From positions 2,730,001-2,762,000 of the forward strand of contig NC_014833.1 of the NCBI RefSeq assembly GCF_000179635.2: DNA of 32,000 nt, written 5' to 3'. Position numbers and translations under genes: made by a program. Under the pieces are notes generated by a model. The model was not told the DNA's origin, did no database searches, and saw nothing but the letters and a program-made list of their open reading frames with translations. This document shows, one piece after another, positions 9,914 to 18,120 of this stretch; the first letter of the stretch is position 1, and each line of letters opens with the position of its first letter. This DNA comes from Ruminococcus albus 7 = DSM 20455 (GTDB lineage Bacteria > Bacillota > Clostridia > Oscillospirales > Ruminococcaceae).

Positions 9914-9948
9914 AACTCCCGGAAACGCATAGTTTCCGGGAGTTTTTT
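9914..9948 (+). terminator. Rho-independent terminator after metA
   Basis: 13-bp perfect stem AACTCCCGGAAAC / GTTTCCGGGAGTT with loop GCATA, followed by TTTTTT. Confidence 0.85.
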
Positions 9949-10237
9949 GTTATTACTTCCTGCCATTCCATATTTTCTATCATTAGCCGATCGTCTTTTG
10001 ACCAAGATCTTAGACTCTTTCGCCATCACCTCACCCTTCGTCAAATTCATTGGCTCGGGAACACTAGCAGCATACTCTATCCGCTTAGCCTTTGCCTGTT
10101 CATTCATCCAATGCTTTGTATGAACGTTCTGCCTACCTTTCTCCGAAGCGTATGACACATCGCAGGTGCAATCATCATGCCGCCTGCACACATCTTCGAG
10201 GGACTTCATCAGGGCATCAGTATCTATTTCCTTTCAG

Positions 10238-10272
10238 AAAAAAAGCGGCGGGAAGCTATCGAACTTCCCGCC
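10238..10272 (-). terminator. Rho-independent terminator ending the nitrogenase-like operon
   Basis: Stem GGCGGGAAG / CTTCCCGCC (10247-10255 / 10264-10272). On the minus strand it is followed by a T7 run (plus-strand A-run 10238-10244). It lies 10 nt after the stop of the last gene. Confidence 0.8.
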
Positions 10273-10281
10273 ATGCTATTT

Positions 10282-10614
10282 CTATACCAGCTTATCCTCA
10301 ATAAATCTGTTTAGTACCGCGTCAATAGGTCCGCTTACCTCAAACACTCTCACTCCCCTGCCTATGAGGTATGCTGCTGCACCCTCACCTATCTTCTGGA
10401 CCAGTACTGCGTCACAGTCCGCGAGAAGTTCGATGATCTTGTCAAAGCGTGTAGTGTCATGCCCAAGTGTCTGTTGTGTAACTGCTACTGCATCACGCAC
10501 ATCACTGAATGTGTATCCGTCTTCGCCAAGATCATAAACCCTGAAAAACTTTGCGTGCCCGAAGTGTTCGTTGACGGTGAATCCGTCAGAAGTTGCTATT
10601 GCCAGTCTTGACAT
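10282..10614 (-). CDS. NifX/NifB-C-terminal-like FeMo-cofactor-binding domain protein (copy 2)
   Basis: 110 aa. MSRLAIATSDGFTVNEHFGHAKFFRVYDL...CDAVLVQKIGEGAAAYL matches the dinitrogenase FeMo-cofactor-binding (NifX/NafY/NifB C-terminal) domain pattern. Confidence 0.8.
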   Translation of the reverse strand: MSRLAIATSDGFTVNEHFGHAKFFRVYDLGEDGYTFSDVRDAVAVTQQTLGHDTTRFDKIIELLADCDAVLVQKIGEGAAAYLIGRGVRVFEVSGPIDAVLNRFIEDKLV

Positions 10615-10628
10615 AGTATCATTCCTTT

Positions 10629-10661
10629 CAAAAATATCTCCTGCCGGGTGACAGGAGATAT
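10629..10661 (-). terminator. Intra-operon hairpin with T-run (partial terminator/attenuator or RNA-processing site)
   Basis: Perfect 10-bp stem ATATCTCCTG / CAGGAGATAT (10634-10643 / 10652-10661) with an 8-nt loop. It is followed on the minus strand by TTTTT and sits in the 52-nt gap between the NifK-like and NifX-like genes. Confidence 0.5.
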
Positions 10662-10666
10662 TTTCT

Positions 10667-12007
10667 TTATTTATATGTTGCCAATGAGGTATTGTAGATG
10701 TCCTCTATTACTCTCAGACCGCCTGTATAACCAACGTAATTTGTAGTCAGCACTATGCGGTAAGGTGTGGGGCAGGCTATCGAAAGAAAGTCTGCGTCTA
10801 TTTCTCCTGCAAGTTCCTTGTCCCAGCCGCTGCCGAGTATAAGTCCTCTTCCCTTGTGTTCAAGACCTCTGATAACGTCCTGCATTGCACCTGCATCTGG
10901 ATCAAAGTATACAGGTATATCACGCTTGTCAGATACCGACTTTATCTCAGCTTCTATCTCGTCCTGATACTTCTTGGGAACATTGTCCACAATGAACTGC
11001 TCCTTGGGAACTACACCTGTTTCATGAAGCAGGAATTTGGTAAGACCAACTACATATCCCGAATCATGCAGAATATGTGCATAGGAAGGCAGACCGTAAC
11101 GGAATTCCAGCAGGAATGTTGCCAGATTGTCAAGCTCCTCGTAGTAAGCCTTTTCTTCCTCCTCAATGAACTTCTTAGCTTTCTTCTCGTCTATCTCTGC
11201 GCCCTGTTCAAGTGCGAATGCAAGCACGCCGTTCAGGAACTTTGTAGTCTCGTTTGCACCGATAGGCAGATAGCCGAACTTGAAGTAAGGCTGACCGTAT
11301 CTTCTCTGAAGATTCTTTACTATGGGCTCACCGTACCAGGGAGATACGAACACATTGAAGTTCGCCTTGGGTATGGTCTGCCATTCCTTTACACCGCCCG
11401 AGTGGGGTCCGAAAAGGATATTGACTTTCAAGCCCAGACCTTCAAGCAGACGCTTGTACTCTTTAAGGTTGCCCTTCCAGAACTGATCCTGATAGGGTAT
11501 GGAAGCTATAACGTTAACAAGATTTTTCTCAGAACGAGAAGGATTATCATCTTCAAAACGGCTTACGTACTGATCGATGATAGCATTTACCACAGCCGAA
11601 TGTGATACATAGTTGTTGGATTTGAAACCCGAAGTTTCAACGTGAACTATGGGTCTGTCCTCCTCAAAAAGGAACTCATCCGTTACGCTTGCAACGTCAT
11701 CACCTACGATACCTGCGGTACATCCCGTGACTACTACCTGCAGGTCTGTATCAAGCACCTTGTAGGTGTTCTTTATAATATTGCGAAGTCTGTCGGTACC
11801 ACCGAATACTACTTCCTTTTCGCTGAAATTAGTACAGGGTGCGGTTTCACCGCCTGCATAGCCTGCCGAACGCTCAAAAAAGCCCTTTATCATAACTCCG
11901 CAGCCCGGTCCTGAATGAAGTATCGGTACAGCGCGGGGGATAGCTACTACAGTCTGCAGTGCTCCGATGGCACAAGTGTAGCGCTCCTGTTCAATAAGTC
12001 CTGCCAT
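10667..12007 (-). CDS. Nitrogenase component-1 family protein, NifK/NifN-like (beta-type subunit)
   Basis: 446 aa. Cys motifs YTCAIGALQ, HSGPGCG and VTGCTAGIVGDD align by eye with P-cluster ligands Cys70/95/153 of NifK. AAAGGAG RBS, 14 nt after the NifD-like stop. Confidence 0.85.
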   Translation of the reverse strand: MAGLIEQERYTCAIGALQTVVAIPRAVPILHSGPGCGVMIKGFFERSAGYAGGETAPCTNFSEKEVVFGGTDRLRNIIKNTYKVLDTDLQVVVTGCTAGIVGDDVASVTDEFLFEEDRPIVHVETSGFKSNNYVSHSAVVNAIIDQYVSRFEDDNPSRSEKNLVNVIASIPYQDQFWKGNLKEYKRLLEGLGLKVNILFGPHSGGVKEWQTIPKANFNVFVSPWYGEPIVKNLQRRYGQPYFKFGYLPIGANETTKFLNGVLAFALEQGAEIDEKKAKKFIEEEEKAYYEELDNLATFLLEFRYGLPSYAHILHDSGYVVGLTKFLLHETGVVPKEQFIVDNVPKKYQDEIEAEIKSVSDKRDIPVYFDPDAGAMQDVIRGLEHKGRGLILGSGWDKELAGEIDADFLSIACPTPYRIVLTTNYVGYTGGLRVIEDIYNTSLATYK

Positions 12008-12021
12008 ATATTATTTCTCCT

Positions 12022-13491
12022 TTACTTTCCCAAGAATGTATAAGGCTCCTGCTCAAGCCACCATTTGGTATAAGGGTTTGTTGAATGCTTAGCCAAATTC
12101 TTTACGAACTCATCGTTCTCGATGGTTTCGAGTATTCTCTCACCGTAGTTTACAAGACCCTCATAACCCATACCGAAATGCTCATCGCCTACCAGCAGCG
12201 AGGGTATACCAAGCTTAGCGCCCCAAAGGGTCATGCCGCCGTGACGTGCCAGAAGTATATCGGGCTTGATGCGGTTGAGTACGTTCACAAGTTCAAATTC
12301 CTGCTTGTTGCAGACATTGTAGTTTGGCACATCGCCGTAATCTGCAACAGTATGGCTGAGTGTATCTGCACGCTCGTCCTCGTTATCGTACTGAGGATCA
12401 TGGTGGAATATTGCAGCGCCCTGAGGTTCCATACCCAGTTCTTTCAGCAGTGCCAGCAGAGAATGTCCGTGGGAAGCACCTGCTGTAACGTAAGCGGTCT
12501 TGCCCTTCAGCTTCTCACGCAGAGCTTCTATCTTTGGCATATATTCAGCCTTCTTGCGTGCAAGGAATTCTTCAACTTCCTTTTCCTTGCCGATTATCTG
12601 ACCAAGCTCCCTGAACCAGCGGTCTGTCTGTGCAATACCGTAAGGAGGTGAATTACGTATCTCAGGTACACCGAAGCCCTGCTCCAGCGCAGCACCAAGA
12701 TATGAACCAAGTGTTGAGCAAGCCTGTACAGTAAGTGCAGCTTCACTTGAATAGCTGAGCGAATCAACAGTCGCAAAAGGAGTAATATAGTTTGGCTCAT
12801 ATCCGAACTCAGCAAACCACTCACGGAAAATATCACTGCCCCAGAAGTTGATAACATTGATGATATTTCTCTTCTGTCTTGCAGGCTTGATTATCTTTCT
12901 GGCGATGCCGTGGTATCCCGCATCGAAGCCCGATGTCCACATCTTTGAACGGAAGCCCTCGCAGAATACTGCAACAACCGGTATACCAAGCTCTTTCTGA
13001 GCCGCATTTGTTACGCTCTCAACATCATCACCGATGATACCTGCAGCACAGGTAGTTATAACGAATATCGCACTTGGCTTAGCACGCTTGTGTACCTCGC
13101 GTATAGCGGCTTCAAGCTTCTTGCCGCCGCCGTAAATGGTATCCTTTTCTTCCAGATTGGTAGAGTAAATCTTTCTCTGTGTGGGATGTTCAAGCTGTCT
13201 GAGGTATGCATTAACACGGTAGGTGAATGCAAACTCATGCAGGCAGGTCGAGCATCCGACAGGACCGTGGGAGATTATCGCAGCGTCCTGGATAAGGGTC
13301 AGTGTACAGGCTGCATTTGATGTTCCGCAGCCAAGGCACTGGCTGAAAGAACGATTCTTGTCCTTCATCTTGCCGCCGCAGGCAGCGCAGGCATCAACGA
13401 GTTCTTTAGCTGTTCCCTGAAATCCCGTGATCGAGTTAAGACGTATCTCACGGATCTCGACTTCGGGTATATTCAAATTGACTTTACTCAT
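12022..13491 (-). CDS. Nitrogenase component-1 family protein, NifD-like (alpha-type subunit)
   Basis: 489 aa. LGCG, ISHGPVGC and TTCAAGIIGDD match the P-cluster ligand positions. QACSTLGSY aligns by eye with NifD HCYRSMNY (Cys275), and GDEH with REMH (His442). AAGGAG RBS, 16 nt after the NifH-like stop. Confidence 0.85.
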   Translation of the reverse strand: MSKVNLNIPEVEIREIRLNSITGFQGTAKELVDACAACGGKMKDKNRSFSQCLGCGTSNAACTLTLIQDAAIISHGPVGCSTCLHEFAFTYRVNAYLRQLEHPTQRKIYSTNLEEKDTIYGGGKKLEAAIREVHKRAKPSAIFVITTCAAGIIGDDVESVTNAAQKELGIPVVAVFCEGFRSKMWTSGFDAGYHGIARKIIKPARQKRNIINVINFWGSDIFREWFAEFGYEPNYITPFATVDSLSYSSEAALTVQACSTLGSYLGAALEQGFGVPEIRNSPPYGIAQTDRWFRELGQIIGKEKEVEEFLARKKAEYMPKIEALREKLKGKTAYVTAGASHGHSLLALLKELGMEPQGAAIFHHDPQYDNEDERADTLSHTVADYGDVPNYNVCNKQEFELVNVLNRIKPDILLARHGGMTLWGAKLGIPSLLVGDEHFGMGYEGLVNYGERILETIENDEFVKNLAKHSTNPYTKWWLEQEPYTFLGK

Positions 13492-13507
13492 CTTTATATC
13501 TCCTTCA

Positions 13508-14371
<864 letters not shown>

Positions 14372-14452
14372 TTACCTCATTTCATATAATTGATATATCG
14401 TATACCTTTGTGGTACTGTGATATATTCTTTTTTAACAACATATTAATTTTT

Positions 14453-15334
14453 CTACCCGTGTGAGAATGTATCCTTACGGGATAACCTCTTTAAGTTTGT
14501 GTATATCTTGCTTCCCAGATCTTCACCGCCGGGAATGCCTACCGCATCTGCGCGGCATCTCTGACAATGCCTGAAAACATCGATATACTTTGAAGCTTTC
14601 AGTACCGCTCTCTCGAACTCCATGCAGTCGGGTTCGCGGCAATCCTTCAGCTTTGCGTTCGGTATAAGCGGGATAATATTGTATATATCCGCACCTGCTT
14701 CCGCAACGGTCTTTGCCACTTCTTCGATATGATCACCGTTTATCTCGGGAACGAACACGGTGTTCACCTTTACTGTTATTCCTGCCTCGCTTATTATGCG
14801 TATACCCTTCAGCTGCTGCTCGATGAGTATCTCAGCGGCTTCAACACCGGTGTAGTGCTTGCCATGCCATACGATACCATCATTGAGCTGAGCTTCTATC
14901 TCAGGATCTACAGCGTTTACAGTCACCGTAAGTGAATCCACACCCACGTCAATTATCTCCTGAGCCTTTTCAGCCAGCAGCAGACCATTAGTGCTCATAC
15001 ACTTCACAAGCTGCGGAAACTCCTTCTTTACCAGCCTGAATGTTTCCAGCGCGTATGGACTTGCAAGTGTATCACCCGGACCTGCTATACCTGCTACGTG
15101 TATGGCAGGACATAGTTCAAGTGCCTTGCCGATAGCCTCTATGGCTTCCTCAGGTGAAATGACCGTCGAGGTAACACCCGGACGTTTCTCGTATGTATTT
15201 ACGCTGCGCTCACAGAATCTGCACTGGATATTGCAGGTCGGGCTGACAGGCAGATGCATACGACCGTTGCCGCTGTTTGGTCCCTTTGCAAAGCATGGAT
15301 GCTTTGTTGTCAGTTCTTCGTATGAGACCGCCAT
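14453..15334 (-). CDS. nifB: NifB-like radical SAM protein (stand-alone SAM domain, no fused NifX domain)
   Basis: HPCF...GRMHLPVSPTCNIQCRFCERS...RPGV is the NifB N-terminal/radical-SAM signature. I prefer ATG 15334, which lies 6 nt after the GGAGGT RBS. The ORF-track start at 15373 lacks an RBS. Confidence 0.85.
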   Translation of the reverse strand: MAVSYEELTTKHPCFAKGPNSGNGRMHLPVSPTCNIQCRFCERSVNTYEKRPGVTSTVISPEEAIEAIGKALELCPAIHVAGIAGPGDTLASPYALETFRLVKKEFPQLVKCMSTNGLLLAEKAQEIIDVGVDSLTVTVNAVDPEIEAQLNDGIVWHGKHYTGVEAAEILIEQQLKGIRIISEAGITVKVNTVFVPEINGDHIEEVAKTVAEAGADIYNIIPLIPNAKLKDCREPDCMEFERAVLKASKYIDVFRHCQRCRADAVGIPGGEDLGSKIYTNLKRLSRKDTFSHG

Positions 15335-15681
15335 TTGTCCACCTCCCATTGTTTTTCTTCCATCAGCAGACATAGTGCCTGCTCTATACTCAGAGGGATC
15401 TGGTATACTCTTATACCCTGCTCCTCTATATACTTCTTAGCTCCCGGACCTGCTCTCTGAGCTACCACTGCGCTGACATCGCCAAGCGCATCCAGGGCTG
15501 CTGCAAATCCCGATACCTCATGTTGTCCGCCGTTACATGACGGTTTCACATCAACGTGACCGCCAATATCATAGTCGTCCTTCTCAGTATCGATCTCTGC
15601 GATATAAAACTTTTTTGCCGCACCGAAATGCTCGTTAATGTTTTCGCCGTCGCTGCTTGCAAATGCGATCTTATAAATCAT
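15310..15681 (-). CDS. NifX/NifB-C-terminal-like FeMo-cofactor-binding domain protein (copy 1)
   Basis: 123 aa. MIYKIAFASSDGENINEHFGAAKKFYIAEI...VSAVVAQRAGPGAKKYIEEQGIRVY. It has the same domain family as 10282-10614. Its 3' end overlaps the NifB-like start by 25 nt. Confidence 0.8.
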   Translation of the reverse strand: MIYKIAFASSDGENINEHFGAAKKFYIAEIDTEKDDYDIGGHVDVKPSCNGGQHEVSGFAAALDALGDVSAVVAQRAGPGAKKYIEEQGIRVYQIPLSIEQALCLLMEEKQWEVDKWRSHTKN

Positions 15682-15700
15682 CTAAACCATCTTTTCTCCA

Positions 15701-16609
15701 TCAGCCGAATAATCCCGTGCTGAAATATCTGTCACCTCTGTCCGGCAGGACTGCAACGATAACGCCCTTTTCGATCCTCTTTGCCAGCTTCAATGCCGCA
15801 GCGGCCGCAGCACCTGAGGATGAACCTGCTATGATTCCCTCATTACGTGCAAGCTGTCCTACTGTCCTGAAAGCATCATCGTCATTCACCTTGATGACTT
15901 CGTCTACCAGACCTATGTCCATCGTTTCAGGTATAAAATCATTACCGATACCCTCAATATTATAATCGAAGTGTTCGCCGCCTCCTATGGTCGAGCCTTC
16001 GGGGTCTGCAAGCACGCCAACGATATTCGGGTCATGCTCCTTGAGGTATCTTGCTATACCTGTGTAAGTTCCGCCGCTGCCTGCGCCTGCGACGAAATGT
16101 GTGACCTTTCCGCCGATATCCTCCCATATCTCTCTGCCCGTATTCTCATAATGTGCCAGAGGATTGTTGGGATTCTTGAATTGCTCCAGTGATATCGAAT
16201 CGGGTATCTGTGCTTTAAGCTCCTCAGCCTTGCGCACAGCTCCCAGCATTCCCTCAGCGCGGGGTGTATTTATCACCTCAGCCCCCAGCGCCCTCATAAG
16301 AGCTTGTTTTTCAGCGGAAAACTTAGTCGGGACTGTGAATATTACTCTGTAGCCTTTTCCAAGTGCTGCGAATGCTATACCGAGTCCCGTATTGCCTGCG
16401 GTAGCTTCTATAATAGTACTGCCCGGCTTTAAGCGTCCCTCTTTTTCAGCAGCAGCTATCATGTATTCGCCTATGCGATCCTTAACACTGCCCGAGGGAT
16501 TATACATCTCCAGTTTACCATATATCTGTACATCGGGGGAGACCCCCATATTATTCAGCCTCACAAGCGGTGTGTGACCTATGAGGTCATGCATATTCTC
16601 ATATATCAT
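15701..16609 (-). CDS. cysK: Cysteine synthase family PLP enzyme (CysK / MccA-type O-acetylserine-dependent sulfhydrylase or cystathionine beta-synthase)
   Basis: 302 aa. HTPLVRL, PLP-lysine motif PSGSVKDR, TAGNTG loop and GAGSGGT. The start is separated by 1 nt from the upstream stop (TGAtATG), which suggests translational coupling. Confidence 0.88.
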   Translation of the reverse strand: MIYENMHDLIGHTPLVRLNNMGVSPDVQIYGKLEMYNPSGSVKDRIGEYMIAAAEKEGRLKPGSTIIEATAGNTGLGIAFAALGKGYRVIFTVPTKFSAEKQALMRALGAEVINTPRAEGMLGAVRKAEELKAQIPDSISLEQFKNPNNPLAHYENTGREIWEDIGGKVTHFVAGAGSGGTYTGIARYLKEHDPNIVGVLADPEGSTIGGGEHFDYNIEGIGNDFIPETMDIGLVDEVIKVNDDDAFRTVGQLARNEGIIAGSSSGAAAAAALKLAKRIEKGVIVAVLPDRGDRYFSTGLFG

Positions 16610-16610
16610 A

Positions 16611-17768
16611 TCACTTTACCTCGCTTGCTTTTATTGCATTGTCAAGATCTTCCAGTATATCGTCTATATTCTCGATACCTATGGAAAGTCTTATCAGACC
16701 ATCTGTTATGCCTACCTTTTTACGTATATCCTCAGGGATAGATGCGTGTGTCATGCTTGAAGGATGGCATACCAGTGATTCAACACCACCAAGACTTTCT
16801 GCAAGTGTGATAAGCTGCAGACTTTCAAAGAACACTCTGATATCGTAGTTGTCCTTCAGCTCGAAGGATATCATCACGCCGCCGTTCTTAGCCTGTTTCC
16901 TGTTCACCTCATAACCCTTGTCAGATTCAAGTCCCGGATAATGAACGCTCTTAACAGCTTCATGTCCGGTAAGGAATTTTGCAGCAGCCTCAGCATTAGC
17001 TACGTGCCTGTCAAGTCTTACTCCCAGTGTCTTGATACCTCTTATCAGCAGGAAACTGTCAAACGGAGGAAGTACTCCGCCTGTGGAATTCTGTATGAAA
17101 GCTATCTTTTCAGCAAGCTCCTTGGTCTTTACAACTGCAAGACCTGCAACTACATCACTGTGTCCTCCGAGATACTTGGTAGCTGAATGTACTACTATAT
17201 CAGCACCCAGTTCAAGGGGTCTTTGCAGATAGGGGGTCATGAATGTATTATCAACTATCACCAGAAGATTATGCTTGTGAGCTATCTCAGCGATCGCCCT
17301 TATATCTGTTATTGTCATCAGAGGGTTTGCAGGACTTTCGATCAGTACTGCCTTTACATCCTCTGTGATATCCTTCTCAAAAGCAGCAGGATCATCAGTT
17401 TCTGATATCGTATAGTTTATACCGAAGTGATCAAATACCTGATTCAGCAGCCTGAAAGTACCGCCGTATACATTTGAGGATATCAGCACCCTGTCACCCG
17501 TATGCAGAAGACTGAGTACAGCAGTTTCAGCAGCAAGACCGCTCGCAAATGCAAATCCTGCATATCCTCCTTCCAGTTCTGCGATAAGTGCTTCAAGTGC
17601 TTCCCTTGTGGGATTGCCTGTACGGGAATATTCATATCCTCTCATCTTGCCAAGACCATCCTGCTTGAATGTTGAGGTCTGATATATAGGTACATTCACA
17701 GCACCCGTTCTTTCGTCAGTGGATATACCGCCGTGTATCAAAGCTGTTTCTATTTTTTTGTAACTCAT
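16611..17768 (-). CDS. Cys/Met-metabolism PLP-dependent enzyme (cystathionine gamma-synthase/lyase, MetB/MetC/MccB class)
   Basis: IHGG...PIYQTSTF...YSRTGNPT...SATKYLGGHSDVVAG (PLP Lys). About 385 aa from ATG 17768 (MSYKKIETALIHGG). The ORF-track start at 17843 adds a non-homologous 25-aa extension that covers the predicted promoter. Confidence 0.88.
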   Translation of the reverse strand: MSYKKIETALIHGGISTDERTGAVNVPIYQTSTFKQDGLGKMRGYEYSRTGNPTREALEALIAELEGGYAGFAFASGLAAETAVLSLLHTGDRVLISSNVYGGTFRLLNQVFDHFGINYTISETDDPAAFEKDITEDVKAVLIESPANPLMTITDIRAIAEIAHKHNLLVIVDNTFMTPYLQRPLELGADIVVHSATKYLGGHSDVVAGLAVVKTKELAEKIAFIQNSTGGVLPPFDSFLLIRGIKTLGVRLDRHVANAEAAAKFLTGHEAVKSVHYPGLESDKGYEVNRKQAKNGGVMISFELKDNYDIRVFFESLQLITLAESLGGVESLVCHPSSMTHASIPEDIRKKVGITDGLIRLSIGIENIDDILEDLDNAIKASEVK

Positions 17769-17814
17769 ATCTTTCATTCCTTTCATATTTTTCCTATGTG
17801 CTTGGTATGAATTA

Positions 17815-17843
17815 ATGATACACGATAAATCCGATTTAGTCAA
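17815..17843 (-). promoter_or_regulatory. Putative sigma-A promoter of the PLP-enzyme/nitrogenase-like operon
   Basis: On the minus strand: TTGACT (17838-17843), 17-nt spacer, TATCAT (17815-17820), about 45 nt upstream of ATG 17768. A weaker alternative (TTGATC-16-TAACAT) lies at 17919-17946. Confidence 0.45.
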
Positions 17844-17851
17844 CAGCGAAG

Positions 17852-17869
17852 CGTGATAACGTTATCACG
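17852..17869. promoter_or_regulatory. Operator O1: perfect 18-bp palindrome CGTGATAACGTTATCACG (LacI/GalR-type site)
   Basis: The sequence is perfectly self-complementary around a central CG. It lies 8 bp upstream of the predicted -35 and matches the general LacI-family consensus TGnnAnCGnTnnCA. Confidence 0.7.
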
Positions 17870-17965
17870 TCTATGTTCCCCATGTCATGATTTCTATATC
17901 CCGGCGGGTGATTTCAGGATGTTAGAGTAAATAATTTTTTGATCAATTATTAATCTCGCCGTTAC

Positions 17966-17983
17966 GGAGATAACGTTGTCACG
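17966..17983. promoter_or_regulatory. Operator O2: GGAGATAACGTTGTCACG (15/18 match to O1)
   Basis: It shares the core GATAACGTTGTCAC. The central CG is 114 bp from that of O1. Confidence 0.55.
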
Positions 17984-18053
17984 CTGTATCCCCCTGAATA
18001 CTTGCTTGTCTTCTCGCATCCGTCAGCACTTTTATATGTATTTGCCCAAATCC

Positions 18054-18071
18054 AGTGATAACGTTATCGTT
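18054..18071. promoter_or_regulatory. Operator O3: AGTGATAACGTTATCGTT (core GTGATAACGTTATC identical to O1)
   Basis: 14-nt core identity with O1. The central CG is 88 bp from that of O2. It lies just downstream of the LacI-family gene. Confidence 0.6.
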
Positions 18072-18085
18072 TTATTGCAAGCATT

Positions 18086-18109
18086 ATGCCGACGATCTGT
18101 CATCGGCAT
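18086..18109 (-). terminator. Hairpin after the LacI-family gene (weak terminator, no T-run)
   Basis: Stem ATGCCGACGA / TCATCGGCAT (9 of 10 pairs) with loop TCTG, 12 nt after the stop. No U-tract follows on the minus strand, so read-through into the operon is possible. Confidence 0.35.
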
Positions 18110-18120
18110 TAAACTTATAT

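Noticed and set aside
9862-10209. 115-aa minus-strand ORF as a real gene
   Set aside because: It has no RBS at its ATG, no recognisable family, it reads through the metA terminator hairpin and it overlaps the metA 3' end. Only the internal 54-aa version has a good RBS, and that is reported as a low-interest finding instead.
17989-18002. 13-nt exact repeat CCCCTGAATACTT, also present at 23684-23697
   Set aside because: Several exact 13-mers are expected by chance when both strands of a 32-kb window are compared. There is no flanking similarity and no positional logic.
17769-18120. S-box (SAM-I) or T-box riboswitch in the leader of the PLP/nitrogenase-like operon
   Set aside because: I looked on the minus strand for the conserved SAM-I core (GAGGGA...GCCC...GCAACC type) and for a T-box (AGGGTGGNACCGCG). 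Neither is present. The region's conspicuous features are the three palindromic operators. A covariance-model scan would be needed to be certain.
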